Shown here: positions 1 through 8,488 of the stretch, one piece after another
How positions within the stretch are numbered: position 1 is the stretch's first letter
How the letters are laid out: every line of letters starts with the position of its first letter
Origin: a virus
Virus record (IMG/VR): IMGVR_UViG_3300006924_000007
Span: 8,258-72,257 of that record
Reading direction: 5' to 3' (one strand)
Length of the DNA stretch: 64,000 nt
Notes under the pieces: model-generated
What the model was told of the DNA's origin: nothing
The model's database searches: none
Seen by the model: only the letters and a program-made list of their open reading frames with translations
Made by a program: the position numbers and the translations under genes

Positions 1-775
1 TCAAAATTCTATTCAATAGTGCCACAGGTTTCTGCGTTGCATAATCCAACTTCTCAACACCTTGAATTTGTTTGATATCATTCCACACGTCTTTTACTGG
101 AATACCATCCATTTCATCAAGATATTTTTTTACTCTAGGAATACCCGTATTGGGAGAATACTCCAGTCGATTATCATCGTGAAGCATTTGCATTCTCTCC
201 TTTGATACATGCCACTGGAGATCATTACCATTCCATTCATATCTCAAATTGGGGCGAGACACAACATTTGGTTGACGATTAACGAGTGCAGATGTATTAT
301 ATTTCTTCTTACGAACCTTACAGATTTTTGCTTTCTTTACAGTTTCTGTGTCATATTGTTTATGTTCTGCATTGTATATTGATTCCTTACCTTTCTGATA
401 TACAATAATTGTGTCGTGGTTTCTTTGTAATTGATACTTTGATTTGTGATTACCACCAGACACCCATACAATTTCGTTCTTAAATTTTTTTTCTCCAAAG
501 ATGTCATCAAGAACAATGCGAACATGATGAGAGATCTTTGCCTCTACATGAATAACAATGTTGCCGACATCAGTCAAAATTCGATGACACTCTTCAAACA
601 TTGGACGCAACAACAATTCACGATAATCTGCACTGGAATTGAATCTATCATCAAAATGATAAAAATCTCTTCCAGTGCAATAGGGTGGATCAATATAAAT
701 TAGATCCACAGTATTTGACTCAACTTCCTTCAGAAGTTCTCTGTTGTCACCTATTTTATACTCGTTGATTTTCAA
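1..775 (-). CDS. Site-specific DNA methyltransferase (N6-adenine/N4-cytosine, beta class); runs off the left end of the window
   Basis: Not in the ORF track; both ends translated by hand in one frame. From TTG at 775 it reads LKINEYKIGDNRELLKEVESNTVDLIYIDPPYCTGRD (DPPY catalytic motif); near the window edge it reads DVWNDIKQIQGVEKLDYATQKPVALLNRIL, typical of this family. Confidence 0.88.
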   Translation of the reverse strand, partial: MKINEYKIGDNRELLKEVESNTVDLIYIDPPYCTGRDFYHFDDRFNSSADYRELLLRPMFEECHRILTDVGNIVIHVEAKISHHVRIVLDDIFGEKKFKNEIVWVSGGNHKSKYQLQRNHDTIIVYQKGKESIYNAEHKQYDTETVKKAKICKVRKKKYNTSALVNRQPNVVSRPNLRYEWNGNDLQWHVSKERMQMLHDDNRLEYSPNTGIPRVKKYLDEMDGIPVKDVWNDIKQIQGVEKLDYATQKPVALLNRIL

Positions 776-1292
776 GATTGGTGATGACCTCTTTTGCTCT
801 TCCTTCGTATTTACGACGAAGAACTGCGGGGACTTGACCAACACAGAAACCAGGCATTTTCTTATCCTCCAGTTCATAACTAGGGATTGCAAGATACTCC
901 CACTCAGAAATATCTTCATGTCCCTTTGGAATGATAAACAAGATTACATCGAAAGAATCGATTGCATATCTTACTTGACCATTCTTTGCACCGTTGGTTG
1001 CATTTTTACCAGTTGTGCGACGAGTCTGCTCCATGTGGAGAGTATTACCTCCACGATATTTTACCTGGATACGAATTCCGCCGGGAGTAATACGATCATA
1101 CTTCTCTTGTTGTCCTTCAGAATCGTCAGGTGATGGAGTGGTTGCAATATCACAAACATTACGCAACCATTGTGGTGCGATAATGCGTTCTGTGGGAAAT
1201 GCAAGAAACTTACCAATTTCCCGTGTGTCTCCCTCTTTAATCAGTTCTTCAAAACCGAGAGCAACGATTTCGGAAAGTTGTGAAACTCCCAT
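756..1292 (-). CDS. Putative PD-(D/E)xK-fold nuclease (restriction endonuclease-like)
   Basis: 178 aa with YD-x7-IQVK, resembling a PD-(D/E)xK/QxK active site; overlaps the methyltransferase start. Confidence 0.45.
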   Translation of the reverse strand: MGVSQLSEIVALGFEELIKEGDTREIGKFLAFPTERIIAPQWLRNVCDIATTPSPDDSEGQQEKYDRITPGGIRIQVKYRGGNTLHMEQTRRTTGKNATNGAKNGQVRYAIDSFDVILFIIPKGHEDISEWEYLAIPSYELEDKKMPGFCVGQVPAVLRRKYEGRAKEVITNLENQRV

Positions 1293-1323
1293 CAGTGGTC
1301 TCCTTGTGTAATGTACTTAATCA

Positions 1324-1377
1324 GTATAGTATTAAAAAAGCACCCTGTCAAGGGTGCTGTGCCAGTTAATGAACTGA
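1324..1377 (-). promoter_or_regulatory. Cyanophage early-type promoter element, copy 1
   Basis: Minus strand: AACTGGCACA, hairpin GCACCC-ttgac-AGGGTGC containing TTGACA, 17 nt, then TATACT. Confidence 0.7.
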
Positions 1378-1382
1378 AAAGT

Positions 1383-1718
1383 TTAAGATTTAAATCTGTT
1401 GAACAGGATAGACTCTAACCCATATGCCTCCTCCTCTCTCTGAGTGTCATCAAACTGACCATTTTCATTCTGAACAACATGAACAAGTTCATGCAATAGT
1501 GTGGTAATGTAATCATTCTCATTCAAATCATTGTGAATCTGAATGAATTGCTCATCACCATTGATTTCAGTAAAACCAAATGCATTGTCATCAGTGAGAT
1601 CTGTATGAAATACTTCAACATCACTCTTTACACCATAGAGTGATGTAAAGAACTCAAATATACTTTGAGCAAGATGTGAGTGTGATGATTGTCCAGAAGT
1701 GAAAAGCATTGATGTCAT
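1383..1718 (-). CDS. Small zincin-like metallopeptidase-domain protein
   Basis: TLLHELVHVVQ (HExxH) followed by an EEEAY motif; 111 aa. Confidence 0.65.
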   Translation of the reverse strand: MTSMLFTSGQSSHSHLAQSIFEFFTSLYGVKSDVEVFHTDLTDDNAFGFTEINGDEQFIQIHNDLNENDYITTLLHELVHVVQNENGQFDDTQREEEAYGLESILFNRFKS

Positions 1719-2122
1719 ACTGCAAGTGCTCCTTCTGGAATTTCAGTAAGTTCAGGAAGTTTATCATTGAACTCATTCATGTCATAGCATACCCACTCAC
1801 CACTACGGAAGATGTAAGAATACTCTTCACCTTCTTTCAAATACTCACATACGTTGTTGTCAAGACGGGGAGGGCAACTCTCACCACGAGCAGAATAATA
1901 CTCAGGAGAATACTCACCCTCAGGAAGTTTATCACCCCAGATAGAATCAGTCCAGCAAGATGACATGTCACCACCATCAATCAGTTCTGCTACTTTCTCC
2001 TTTGTATTGTAGTGCGTCTTGAGAATCCGACCCAACCAAGTAGGATAACCATCCCAGTGATGATAAACAGAAAGAATAGAATCATCTGAGAGTTGAATGC
2101 CAATGCGTGAGCGAGTTGCCAT
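1715..2122 (-). CDS. Conserved phage hypothetical protein
   Basis: 135 aa, MATRSRIGI...YHHWDGYP family motif; follows an early promoter element. Confidence 0.7.
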   Translation of the reverse strand: MATRSRIGIQLSDDSILSVYHHWDGYPTWLGRILKTHYNTKEKVAELIDGGDMSSCWTDSIWGDKLPEGEYSPEYYSARGESCPPRLDNNVCEYLKEGEEYSYIFRSGEWVCYDMNEFNDKLPELTEIPEGALAV

Positions 2123-2222
2123 GCTAGAAAGAGAAGGTGGATGAGAGGCGGCAGAAGTTTGTCTCTGCTCTTATGTGTGTTGCCTCTGGGTGTGTTGTGT
2201 CAGGTCTCCCCTCCACTCATCT

Positions 2223-2279
2223 AATATACACGAAAAAGGGGGGTATGAAACCCCCCTTGTGCCACTTATTCAAGTGTCC
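2223..2279 (-). promoter_or_regulatory. Cyanophage early-type promoter element, copy 2
   Basis: Minus strand: AAGTGGCACA, G-rich/C-rich hairpin, then TATATT -10 box. Confidence 0.6.
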
Positions 2280-2282
2280 CAA

Positions 2283-2510
2283 TCAGTCTTCATAAACTAA
2301 ACATTCAGGTTCTGATGGGTTGGCATCACAATATAGTTCAAGTGCAGTTGGATCATGATGATCACCTGCTTCAATTTCTTTCTGATGATGTTCTACATAA
2401 TCTTCCAATTCATGTAGTTCACCTTCAATGTGACGACGTTGATTAGGAGAAGTTAGAGGGTTGTCAAGGATCTGTTTATCTACCTCAATATGCTGCTCGA
2501 TTGTGTCCAT
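2283..2510 (-). CDS. cp12: Calvin-cycle inhibitor CP12 (auxiliary metabolic gene)
   Basis: 75 aa ending LELYCDANPSEPECLVYED, the CP12 C-terminal Cys-pair signature. Confidence 0.92.
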   Translation of the reverse strand: MDTIEQHIEVDKQILDNPLTSPNQRRHIEGELHELEDYVEHHQKEIEAGDHHDPTALELYCDANPSEPECLVYED

Positions 2511-2555
2511 GCGAAGTTTTGTAATTTGTTTTACTTATTTATTTTGATTAATGGT

Positions 2556-2720
2556 TCAAAGTGCTACATTTGCACTATTCTTGAGTCTTTGAACCATAGA
2601 ATCTGCGAGTGCTTCCATCCTTTCGGGATGAATTGAACGGATTCCTGCCTCTTTTAAGGCAATTTCCATACTTTTCTCCTCTATTTCTGTCAATTTCTTG
2701 CCATTTTGGGGAAGAGTCAT
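2556..2720 (-). CDS. Small hypothetical protein (54 aa)
   Basis: Hand translation MTLPQNGKKLTEIEEKSMEIALKEAGIRSIHPERMEALAD...; below the ORF-track length cut-off. Confidence 0.55.
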   Translation of the reverse strand: MTLPQNGKKLTEIEEKSMEIALKEAGIRSIHPERMEALADSMVQRLKNSANVAL

Positions 2721-2814
2721 AGGTGTCTTGCTTTTACTGAGATATTTTAGCGTTTCCGCACAAAATTAGTTAGTAATTTAAGGTTTTCTTTGTAATTGCT
2801 TTACAAATATTGTG

Positions 2815-3189
2815 CTAAGTTCCTGGTGTCCATTCGTATCCACCTTCTTTACTAATTCTATCCATCTCTTGTTTTAAAGAAGAATTGAATTTTAAATGAT
2901 TCTCATCATACCAAAAATTTTCCCATTGTTTCATGGACTCCTCAGATCCATCTTTTCCTGAAAAAGCAATAGTTTCTTTCTTTGATGTGAGTGCTGATTC
3001 ACCTTTTAAGAGCTCTAAAAGTTTCTTACTATGTTTATAGCATGTTTCATGATAGTCTCTTCTCTCTCTGACAGTTCTTACAATTGTTTCATATACTTGT
3101 TGTGGAGTGTGTGGAGACTCTAATGATTCTTTCACCCAATCGGATAACATATTCAGTGAGTAATCTTCATGCTCATCAAATGGTTTCAT
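2815..3189 (-). CDS. Hypothetical protein
   Basis: 124-aa ORF in the same orientation as its neighbours. Confidence 0.6.
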   Translation of the reverse strand: MKPFDEHEDYSLNMLSDWVKESLESPHTPQQVYETIVRTVRERRDYHETCYKHSKKLLELLKGESALTSKKETIAFSGKDGSEESMKQWENFWYDENHLKFNSSLKQEMDRISKEGGYEWTPGT

Positions 3190-3337
3190 CTAGATTATCT
3201 TTGACTAGGGTCTCTATCATAGTGCTAATTTCTTTACTTGTCAAGTTATTTAAAAAATTCCACTTAGGATCATTCTTATCCCATTCTATAGTAAATGTAC
3301 CATCGTTATTCTGGTTTACTTTCAGACTGTCTTCCAT
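3176..3337 (-). CDS. Small hypothetical protein (53 aa)
   Basis: Hand translation MEDSLKVNQNNDGTFTIEWDKNDPKW...; overlaps the next gene's start. Confidence 0.55.
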   Translation of the reverse strand: MEDSLKVNQNNDGTFTIEWDKNDPKWNFLNNLTSKEISTMIETLVKDNLDETI

Positions 3338-3605
3338 TTTTCTTTAATTGCTTTCTAATCATTTTAGCATACGTAACCTCTTCTTGGGAATACCAGTTGG
3401 GATGTTTTTTGGATCTTTTGATAATTTTTTTGGTTGCCTTTTTGTCGGATAAATCCACTTTAAGTCTTATTTGGATGTTTTAAGTATTTAACAACTTTGC
3501 ATTAAAAAACCCCCTTGCGAGGGTTAATCGTATTAAATTCTCTGAATAATCAAGGCGGATGCAGATAAACTAACATTTTTTACCTCTAACTGACTGTGTG
3601 CAAAC

Positions 3606-3767
3606 TTAAGTTAGAACCTCCCGACAGATTCTTTTACAGACTGACTGATTATTGTCACATTCTACCAGACATTCATAATACTCGTTGATCAAATTATCAG
3701 AAATTTCAGACTTGTTTTCCTCCAGTTTAAAACCTGCTAATTGATTAAACGATATTAAATTGTGCAT
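3606..3767 (-). CDS. Small Cys-rich cyanophage hypothetical protein (53 aa)
   Basis: MHNLISFNQL...EYYECLVECDNNQSVCKRICREVLT with an upstream GGAGG RBS. Confidence 0.6.
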   Translation of the reverse strand: MHNLISFNQLAGFKLEENKSEISDNLINEYYECLVECDNNQSVCKRICREVLT

Positions 3768-4114
3768 GATGAACCTCCATGTATTAGATAAGCAAAAGAC
3801 ATAATATAAAGATTTTCAGATCATTGTTCCTCCGAAGTTCTCCCTAATATTTATCACGAATTGCTGACATTTGCAAGTTTCTGAAATAAAAATTTATGCC
3901 TAGGATGATGTGCTTATCTTGATATAGTCTTGAGAACTTCTTGTTGTTTGAGGTAAAGTTTCATATAACATTTACATATATCTCTCAGTTCATCAGGAGT
4001 TAAACCATCAAGATCACGAGACATCTTTTCATAGGTAAATTGCCTACTTGTAGTTTCTAAAGTAATTTTTTCTGGATCCATAACTTTAACTATAGTTCTT
4101 TATTAGTTATATTA

Positions 4115-4309
4115 TTACCATCTTTTTGTTTTGAGATAATCTAAAACATCATTGCGAACATCCATCAGTTCATGATAACATTTTTGATTACGAGCACAAT
4201 CGCGGAGAGATGCATCAGGTTTAATCACGGATTCAATAAAGATATCAAGTCCACGATTCCACTTTTCCTGTTTGCTTTCGCAATCTTCAATGCTGTTTTG
4301 ATCCTTCAT
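4115..4309 (-). CDS. Hypothetical protein
   Basis: 64-aa ORF; ATGA overlap with the upstream gene. Confidence 0.6.
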   Translation of the reverse strand: MKDQNSIEDCESKQEKWNRGLDIFIESVIKPDASLRDCARNQKCYHELMDVRNDVLDYLKTKRW

Positions 4310-4539
4310 CGTTTTTTCTTCAGATTTTTTTCTATGTATGAAACAGCAGATGGATAATTTTTTGAAGTGTGAACGATCGATCCGTTGTTGATAATCACAA
4401 ACTTTTTAGATTTTGCGAGTGGAACAGCTGCCCACATACCATCCTTGGTTACATAACCACTTGGATATCCAACTTTGTTTTCTAAAATGTCTTTGTTAGG
4501 ACAAGTGTAGAACTTTCGGTAGTCTTTTGATTCACTCAT
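4306..4539 (-). CDS. Hypothetical protein
   Basis: 77-aa ORF translationally coupled on both sides. Confidence 0.6.
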   Translation of the reverse strand: MSESKDYRKFYTCPNKDILENKVGYPSGYVTKDGMWAAVPLAKSKKFVIINNGSIVHTSKNYPSAVSYIEKNLKKKR

Positions 4540-4679
4540 TAGAAGACGGCAGTAACACTTACAACTGTTGCCGTAGGATTACGTGCAAGTGCAGTTTTTC
4601 TTGCTTCTTCATAGTTTCGTGCGATGACAATCTCATCAAAGACGGTGCCAGAAACATAGAGTTGAACTTTGCACTTCAT
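4539..4679 (-). CDS. Small hypothetical protein (46 aa)
   Basis: MKCKVQLYVSGTVFDEIVIARNYEEARKTALARNPTATVVSVTAVF; TAATG overlap; directly after an early promoter element. Confidence 0.6.
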   Translation of the reverse strand: MKCKVQLYVSGTVFDEIVIARNYEEARKTALARNPTATVVSVTAVF

Positions 4680-4703
4680 GGGAGGTTCCCTTGATTACCT
4701 TTG

Positions 4704-4760
4704 TATTATAGCAGAGTGGAGCAGCATTCTACTCCTGATGTGACAGTTCTACTTCCGGAC
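4704..4760 (-). promoter_or_regulatory. Cyanophage early-type promoter element, copy 3
   Basis: Minus strand: AACTGTCACA, hairpin GGAGTAG...CTGCTCC, then TATAAT. Confidence 0.65.
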
Positions 4761-5924
4761 CACCGAGATGGCAGGTTCACCCTGCTCAAATACAGTGTCA
4801 ACCACTGCCTGTACGCTCTTGGCAGTGCTGATTCCCACCTTATCAAAGACTGGCACGCAGACCAGTCCAAAGGTCTTCTCAGCACCACCCAGACGGATCA
4901 CACGACCGATAGACTGACTGATTCCAATGTAGTTCATGTTTCGCATGAATAGAACTGCCTCCAGTCCCTTGACATTGATGCCCTCGGACAGGATAGAGTG
5001 GTGCATGACAACAAAACGAGTGCTATCCTGACCCCAGGTATTCAAAGTCTTGAAGAATTCCTCACGGGAAACTTTCTTACCATTGATGATTGCACCGGTC
5101 TTAGATGTAATATACATCCAGTTGTATCCACGCTCATGTAGTTGCTGACAAAAGTCAGATTGACTTACCATACGCAGAATCTGCTTGGTAGAACGTGCTG
5201 CAATTAGAATCTTATTGAGTGAGTTTGCATCAATAGTATCAAGCAGATTCTTCTCATCAGATTGCTTGAAATCTCCCTGAGGCAGTTGCTGAACCACAAC
5301 TTTGGGAGGAAGGATATAACCTTCTTTGACAAGTTGAGGTGCAGGAATGTTGCAGATGACCTGACCATAAACCTCAGGATCATTCATTCCTGGTTTGAAT
5401 ACAGACAACGAGTGCTTAGGAGTCGCAGTGAAGAAATAGCAACGATCAGCATCGCTACTGAAGAACTCAGTTGCAGGAAAGAAGTTACGTTGAACTGAGT
5501 TATGTGCCTCATCAAAGTAAATTGTATTCACTTCAATGTCTGCCTCTACAAGACGATGTAGGGAGTGATATGTGGTGAAGATGATGACATTCTCACCAGC
5601 AGTTCTTGCAGTGTTGTTGAACAGGTGAATTGTATCTGCTTTGGTGGTGCTGAAATACTCAACATCACCACTATGAACCTGCATTACATGAGTGTGAGTA
5701 GTATTAATCACCTCAAGAAACTCTTTGCAGAGTTGTTCTGCTAGAAGAATGCGGGGTGCTACAACAACAATAGTAGAACCATTATCAATATACTTTTGAT
5801 TCTCAATAATATCATGTATCATACACATGGTCTTGCCACCACCCGTAGGGATGATGACCTGACCCCTGTCATATGCCAGCATTGCATTCAGTGCTTTCTT
5901 CTGGTGTGGGCGAAGGGTGACCAA
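4749..5924 (-). CDS. Superfamily 2 (DEAH-box, ResIII-like) helicase
   Basis: LRPHQ Q-motif, PTGGGKT Walker A, FDEAH Walker B, TATP motif III, LSEGINV motif V, QSIGRVIR motif VI. Confidence 0.9.
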   Translation of the reverse strand: MVTLRPHQKKALNAMLAYDRGQVIIPTGGGKTMCMIHDIIENQKYIDNGSTIVVVAPRILLAEQLCKEFLEVINTTHTHVMQVHSGDVEYFSTTKADTIHLFNNTARTAGENVIIFTTYHSLHRLVEADIEVNTIYFDEAHNSVQRNFFPATEFFSSDADRCYFFTATPKHSLSVFKPGMNDPEVYGQVICNIPAPQLVKEGYILPPKVVVQQLPQGDFKQSDEKNLLDTIDANSLNKILIAARSTKQILRMVSQSDFCQQLHERGYNWMYITSKTGAIINGKKVSREEFFKTLNTWGQDSTRFVVMHHSILSEGINVKGLEAVLFMRNMNYIGISQSIGRVIRLGGAEKTFGLVCVPVFDKVGISTAKSVQAVVDTVFEQGEPAISVVRK

Positions 5925-5948
5925 GTGCTGTCCTGTTTGGTATGAATA

Positions 5949-6005
5949 TATTATAGCAGAAAACCACCCCGATTAGGAGGTGGTGTGACAGTTTTACAAC
6001 CGGTT
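5949..6005 (-). promoter_or_regulatory. Cyanophage early-type promoter element, copy 4
   Basis: Minus strand: AACTGTCACA, hairpin CCACCTCC...GGGGTGG, then TATAAT. Confidence 0.65.
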
Positions 6006-6047
6006 TCTATAGTGTCTTAAAGCTTCCTCTTCAACCCGGACAAAGGT

Positions 6048-6076
6048 AGTCTATAGGGTTTTCATGATTCTGTCAA
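6048..6076 (-). promoter_or_regulatory. Sigma70-like promoter
   Basis: TTGACA-17 nt-TAGACT on the minus strand. Confidence 0.55.
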
Positions 6077-6080
6077 GTTA

Positions 6081-8456
6081 TTATGTTGAACTTGTTACTG
6101 CCTCCCATGCAGAACCATTCCAGAAGTTAAGTTTGTTTGTGGTTGTGTTATACATGATTGCACCTTTAGGAAGGTTGCCATAACCACTCATTAAGTTTCT
6201 CTTGGTGCTATTGAATGTGGGGATTGCAAGTGAATCATATCCAGATTGATTCTGTGTCAATGTTGCAACACCACAGAATACTGTGCCACCTGTGCTAACA
6301 TTAAGTCTTCTGGATTCATTGTTATAAACGACTGAACCACCAGGAATTCCAGATTCACCAAGAAGTTTCTTGGCAGTTGCTGTTCCAAATCCAGATTGAA
6401 CTGGATTTACGTTTTGATTACCACCAGCATTTGAGGTGTGAAGATTGGCAACGATGTCTAATTCTTCATTATTAAGTGAAGGCATGATGACAAAACTGCT
6501 CATCGTGGTACTTGCCATACCAACATCAAGAACAGATCTTGCAAAGTAAGTATTGATTCCAATTCTAGTTAAATATTTTTTATCTCCTGCATCAGTTGGA
6601 ACTAGTCCTTGATTAGTTGCTCCATATCCTGCCGCAACAATAGGAGCAGTGGGAACAAATAATCCACTTCCGCCAAACATGACGAAACTATTTTGCGTTT
6701 GGAAACTTCCATTTGCAAAATCAGGAACAGTTTGTCCTAATGCAGATGGAATTATTCTTGGATCAGATATAAATGAACCATCAGTACTGGTGGCAATTCC
6801 AAGTTGTGTTGCAGAAATAATTTTTCCAAAGGCATAAGAATCTCCAAAAATTGCAGACTCAAAAGCACCTGCGGGTGGGAATCCATCAACACTATCTGTG
6901 CCAATCCCTAACTTCCCACCAACAAAAGTATTTCCTAAGAATGTTCCTATGCCATTTCCAACTTGAAAATTGCGACTAACAAGAAGATCATTGAAGGTCG
7001 AAATACCACTGGTTACACTAATAACAGCACTACTAGAAATTGGTAGAGCACTACCATCACCCAGAGTAAGTTGATTAGCACCTTGTCCTACGGTAAGAAT
7101 ACCAGCAACTTGTCCGTAACCACTTATAAATGTATTTCCTCCGACTTCCAGTTCTCGTGTTAATGTAATACCATGACGATTAACACCTACTTTACCATCA
7201 TATGTGGTTTCAAATTTAGTATTATCGTCATATCTAACCTTGAAACTTTCTGTTGTTCCGGCACCAGATCCAGAATGGAGATTGATATTAACTCCACCAA
7301 AATCATAGTTGGAGAGACTTAGTGTTCCTGAGTTGAAACTTAAAACACCACTACTATTACCTGTTCCAACAGATTGTCCGACACTAATTCTAGAAGTATT
7401 ACTGGATGTAATAACATCTATTGCTGTATTTGTTGTCTTTCTGATTTCAATATCAGAGGCAGGAGTATCAGAACCAATACCGAGTTTATTATCAACAACC
7501 AGTGCGGTTACAGTTGCGGATGAACCAACAATATTTCCTACTGTAATAGCAGGTGTACCATCAAGTCCGAATGAAGTTGATGCAAATCCTGCTGTCTGTG
7601 CAACACCACTCAAATATCCTGTGACATTACCAGTCACATTACCCGTAACATCACCTGTAACATCACCAGTTACATCTCCAGTGAGATTACCATCAAAACT
7701 TGTTGAAGTAGTGACACCAGTAACATTTAATCCACCAGCAGTAATTTGTGCATCATCGGTGAATGTTGCAATACCAGATACTACAATACCTGTAGAGTTT
7801 GTATCAAACTTCGCGGCATTAACTTCTCCAGTTAAATTTCCGGTAAAACTTGTAGCAGTTACGGCACCACCAACATTTAAATCATTCTTTATCTCGGCAC
7901 TGGAGAAGAATGTGGAGAATCCGGATGCAAGTATGCTTGAACCAGTTATAATGCCAGTTGCTCTGAATGAACCAGCAGTTACAATACCTGTGAAGTTACC
8001 TTGTCCTGTTGAATCAATACCAACACCATAAGTTGCCGATGTTGGATCATCACCAATTTGTAATAATGATACGGGATTAGTGGTGCCTACCCCAACATTA
8101 GCTATTGTGGAGATTCCTGCGTCGGTGATGGACCATCCGGTTCTTGCAACAGCAACAACACCGGATAGTAAACTACCATCACCAATAAATTGCTGTGCCG
8201 TTACAACACCGGTTGCATTAAGACTAGTTGCATCTAATACAGTTAATGTCGATACGCCCGATATGAATACGTCCTCAGTGACAAATAAGTCCGTTGTCGA
8301 TACAACACCACTGACCTTTGCAGTTCCTCTTACATCAAGAAACTCGCCCGGAATCGATGTGCCGATTCCGACCAGACCATTTGCATCTACTATGAAGTTG
8401 TCATTATCAACTTGGACACCATTACGAAAATTAAAGGACTTCTTATAATTTGCCAT
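6081..8456 (-). CDS. Virion structural / tail-fibre-like protein
   Basis: 791 aa, Gly/Thr/Ser-rich; VGIGT and GDVT repeats; C-terminal IPTFNSTKRN...GAIMYNTTTNKLNFWNGSAW fibre-type module. Confidence 0.75.
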   Translation of the reverse strand: MANYKKSFNFRNGVQVDNDNFIVDANGLVGIGTSIPGEFLDVRGTAKVSGVVSTTDLFVTEDVFISGVSTLTVLDATSLNATGVVTAQQFIGDGSLLSGVVAVARTGWSITDAGISTIANVGVGTTNPVSLLQIGDDPTSATYGVGIDSTGQGNFTGIVTAGSFRATGIITGSSILASGFSTFFSSAEIKNDLNVGGAVTATSFTGNLTGEVNAAKFDTNSTGIVVSGIATFTDDAQITAGGLNVTGVTTSTSFDGNLTGDVTGDVTGDVTGNVTGNVTGYLSGVAQTAGFASTSFGLDGTPAITVGNIVGSSATVTALVVDNKLGIGSDTPASDIEIRKTTNTAIDVITSSNTSRISVGQSVGTGNSSGVLSFNSGTLSLSNYDFGGVNINLHSGSGAGTTESFKVRYDDNTKFETTYDGKVGVNRHGITLTRELEVGGNTFISGYGQVAGILTVGQGANQLTLGDGSALPISSSAVISVTSGISTFNDLLVSRNFQVGNGIGTFLGNTFVGGKLGIGTDSVDGFPPAGAFESAIFGDSYAFGKIISATQLGIATSTDGSFISDPRIIPSALGQTVPDFANGSFQTQNSFVMFGGSGLFVPTAPIVAAGYGATNQGLVPTDAGDKKYLTRIGINTYFARSVLDVGMASTTMSSFVIMPSLNNEELDIVANLHTSNAGGNQNVNPVQSGFGTATAKKLLGESGIPGGSVVYNNESRRLNVSTGGTVFCGVATLTQNQSGYDSLAIPTFNSTKRNLMSGYGNLPKGAIMYNTTTNKLNFWNGSAWEAVTSST

Positions 8457-8488
8457 CTACTTTAGAATACTTTAGGATCTCCATCTAG

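Noticed and set aside
7309-8448. Long plus-strand ORFs (240 aa, 122 aa) and similar antisense ORFs across the structural and array genes
   Set aside because: These are shadows of Gly/Thr/Ser-rich minus-strand genes, with no recognisable domains or RBS.
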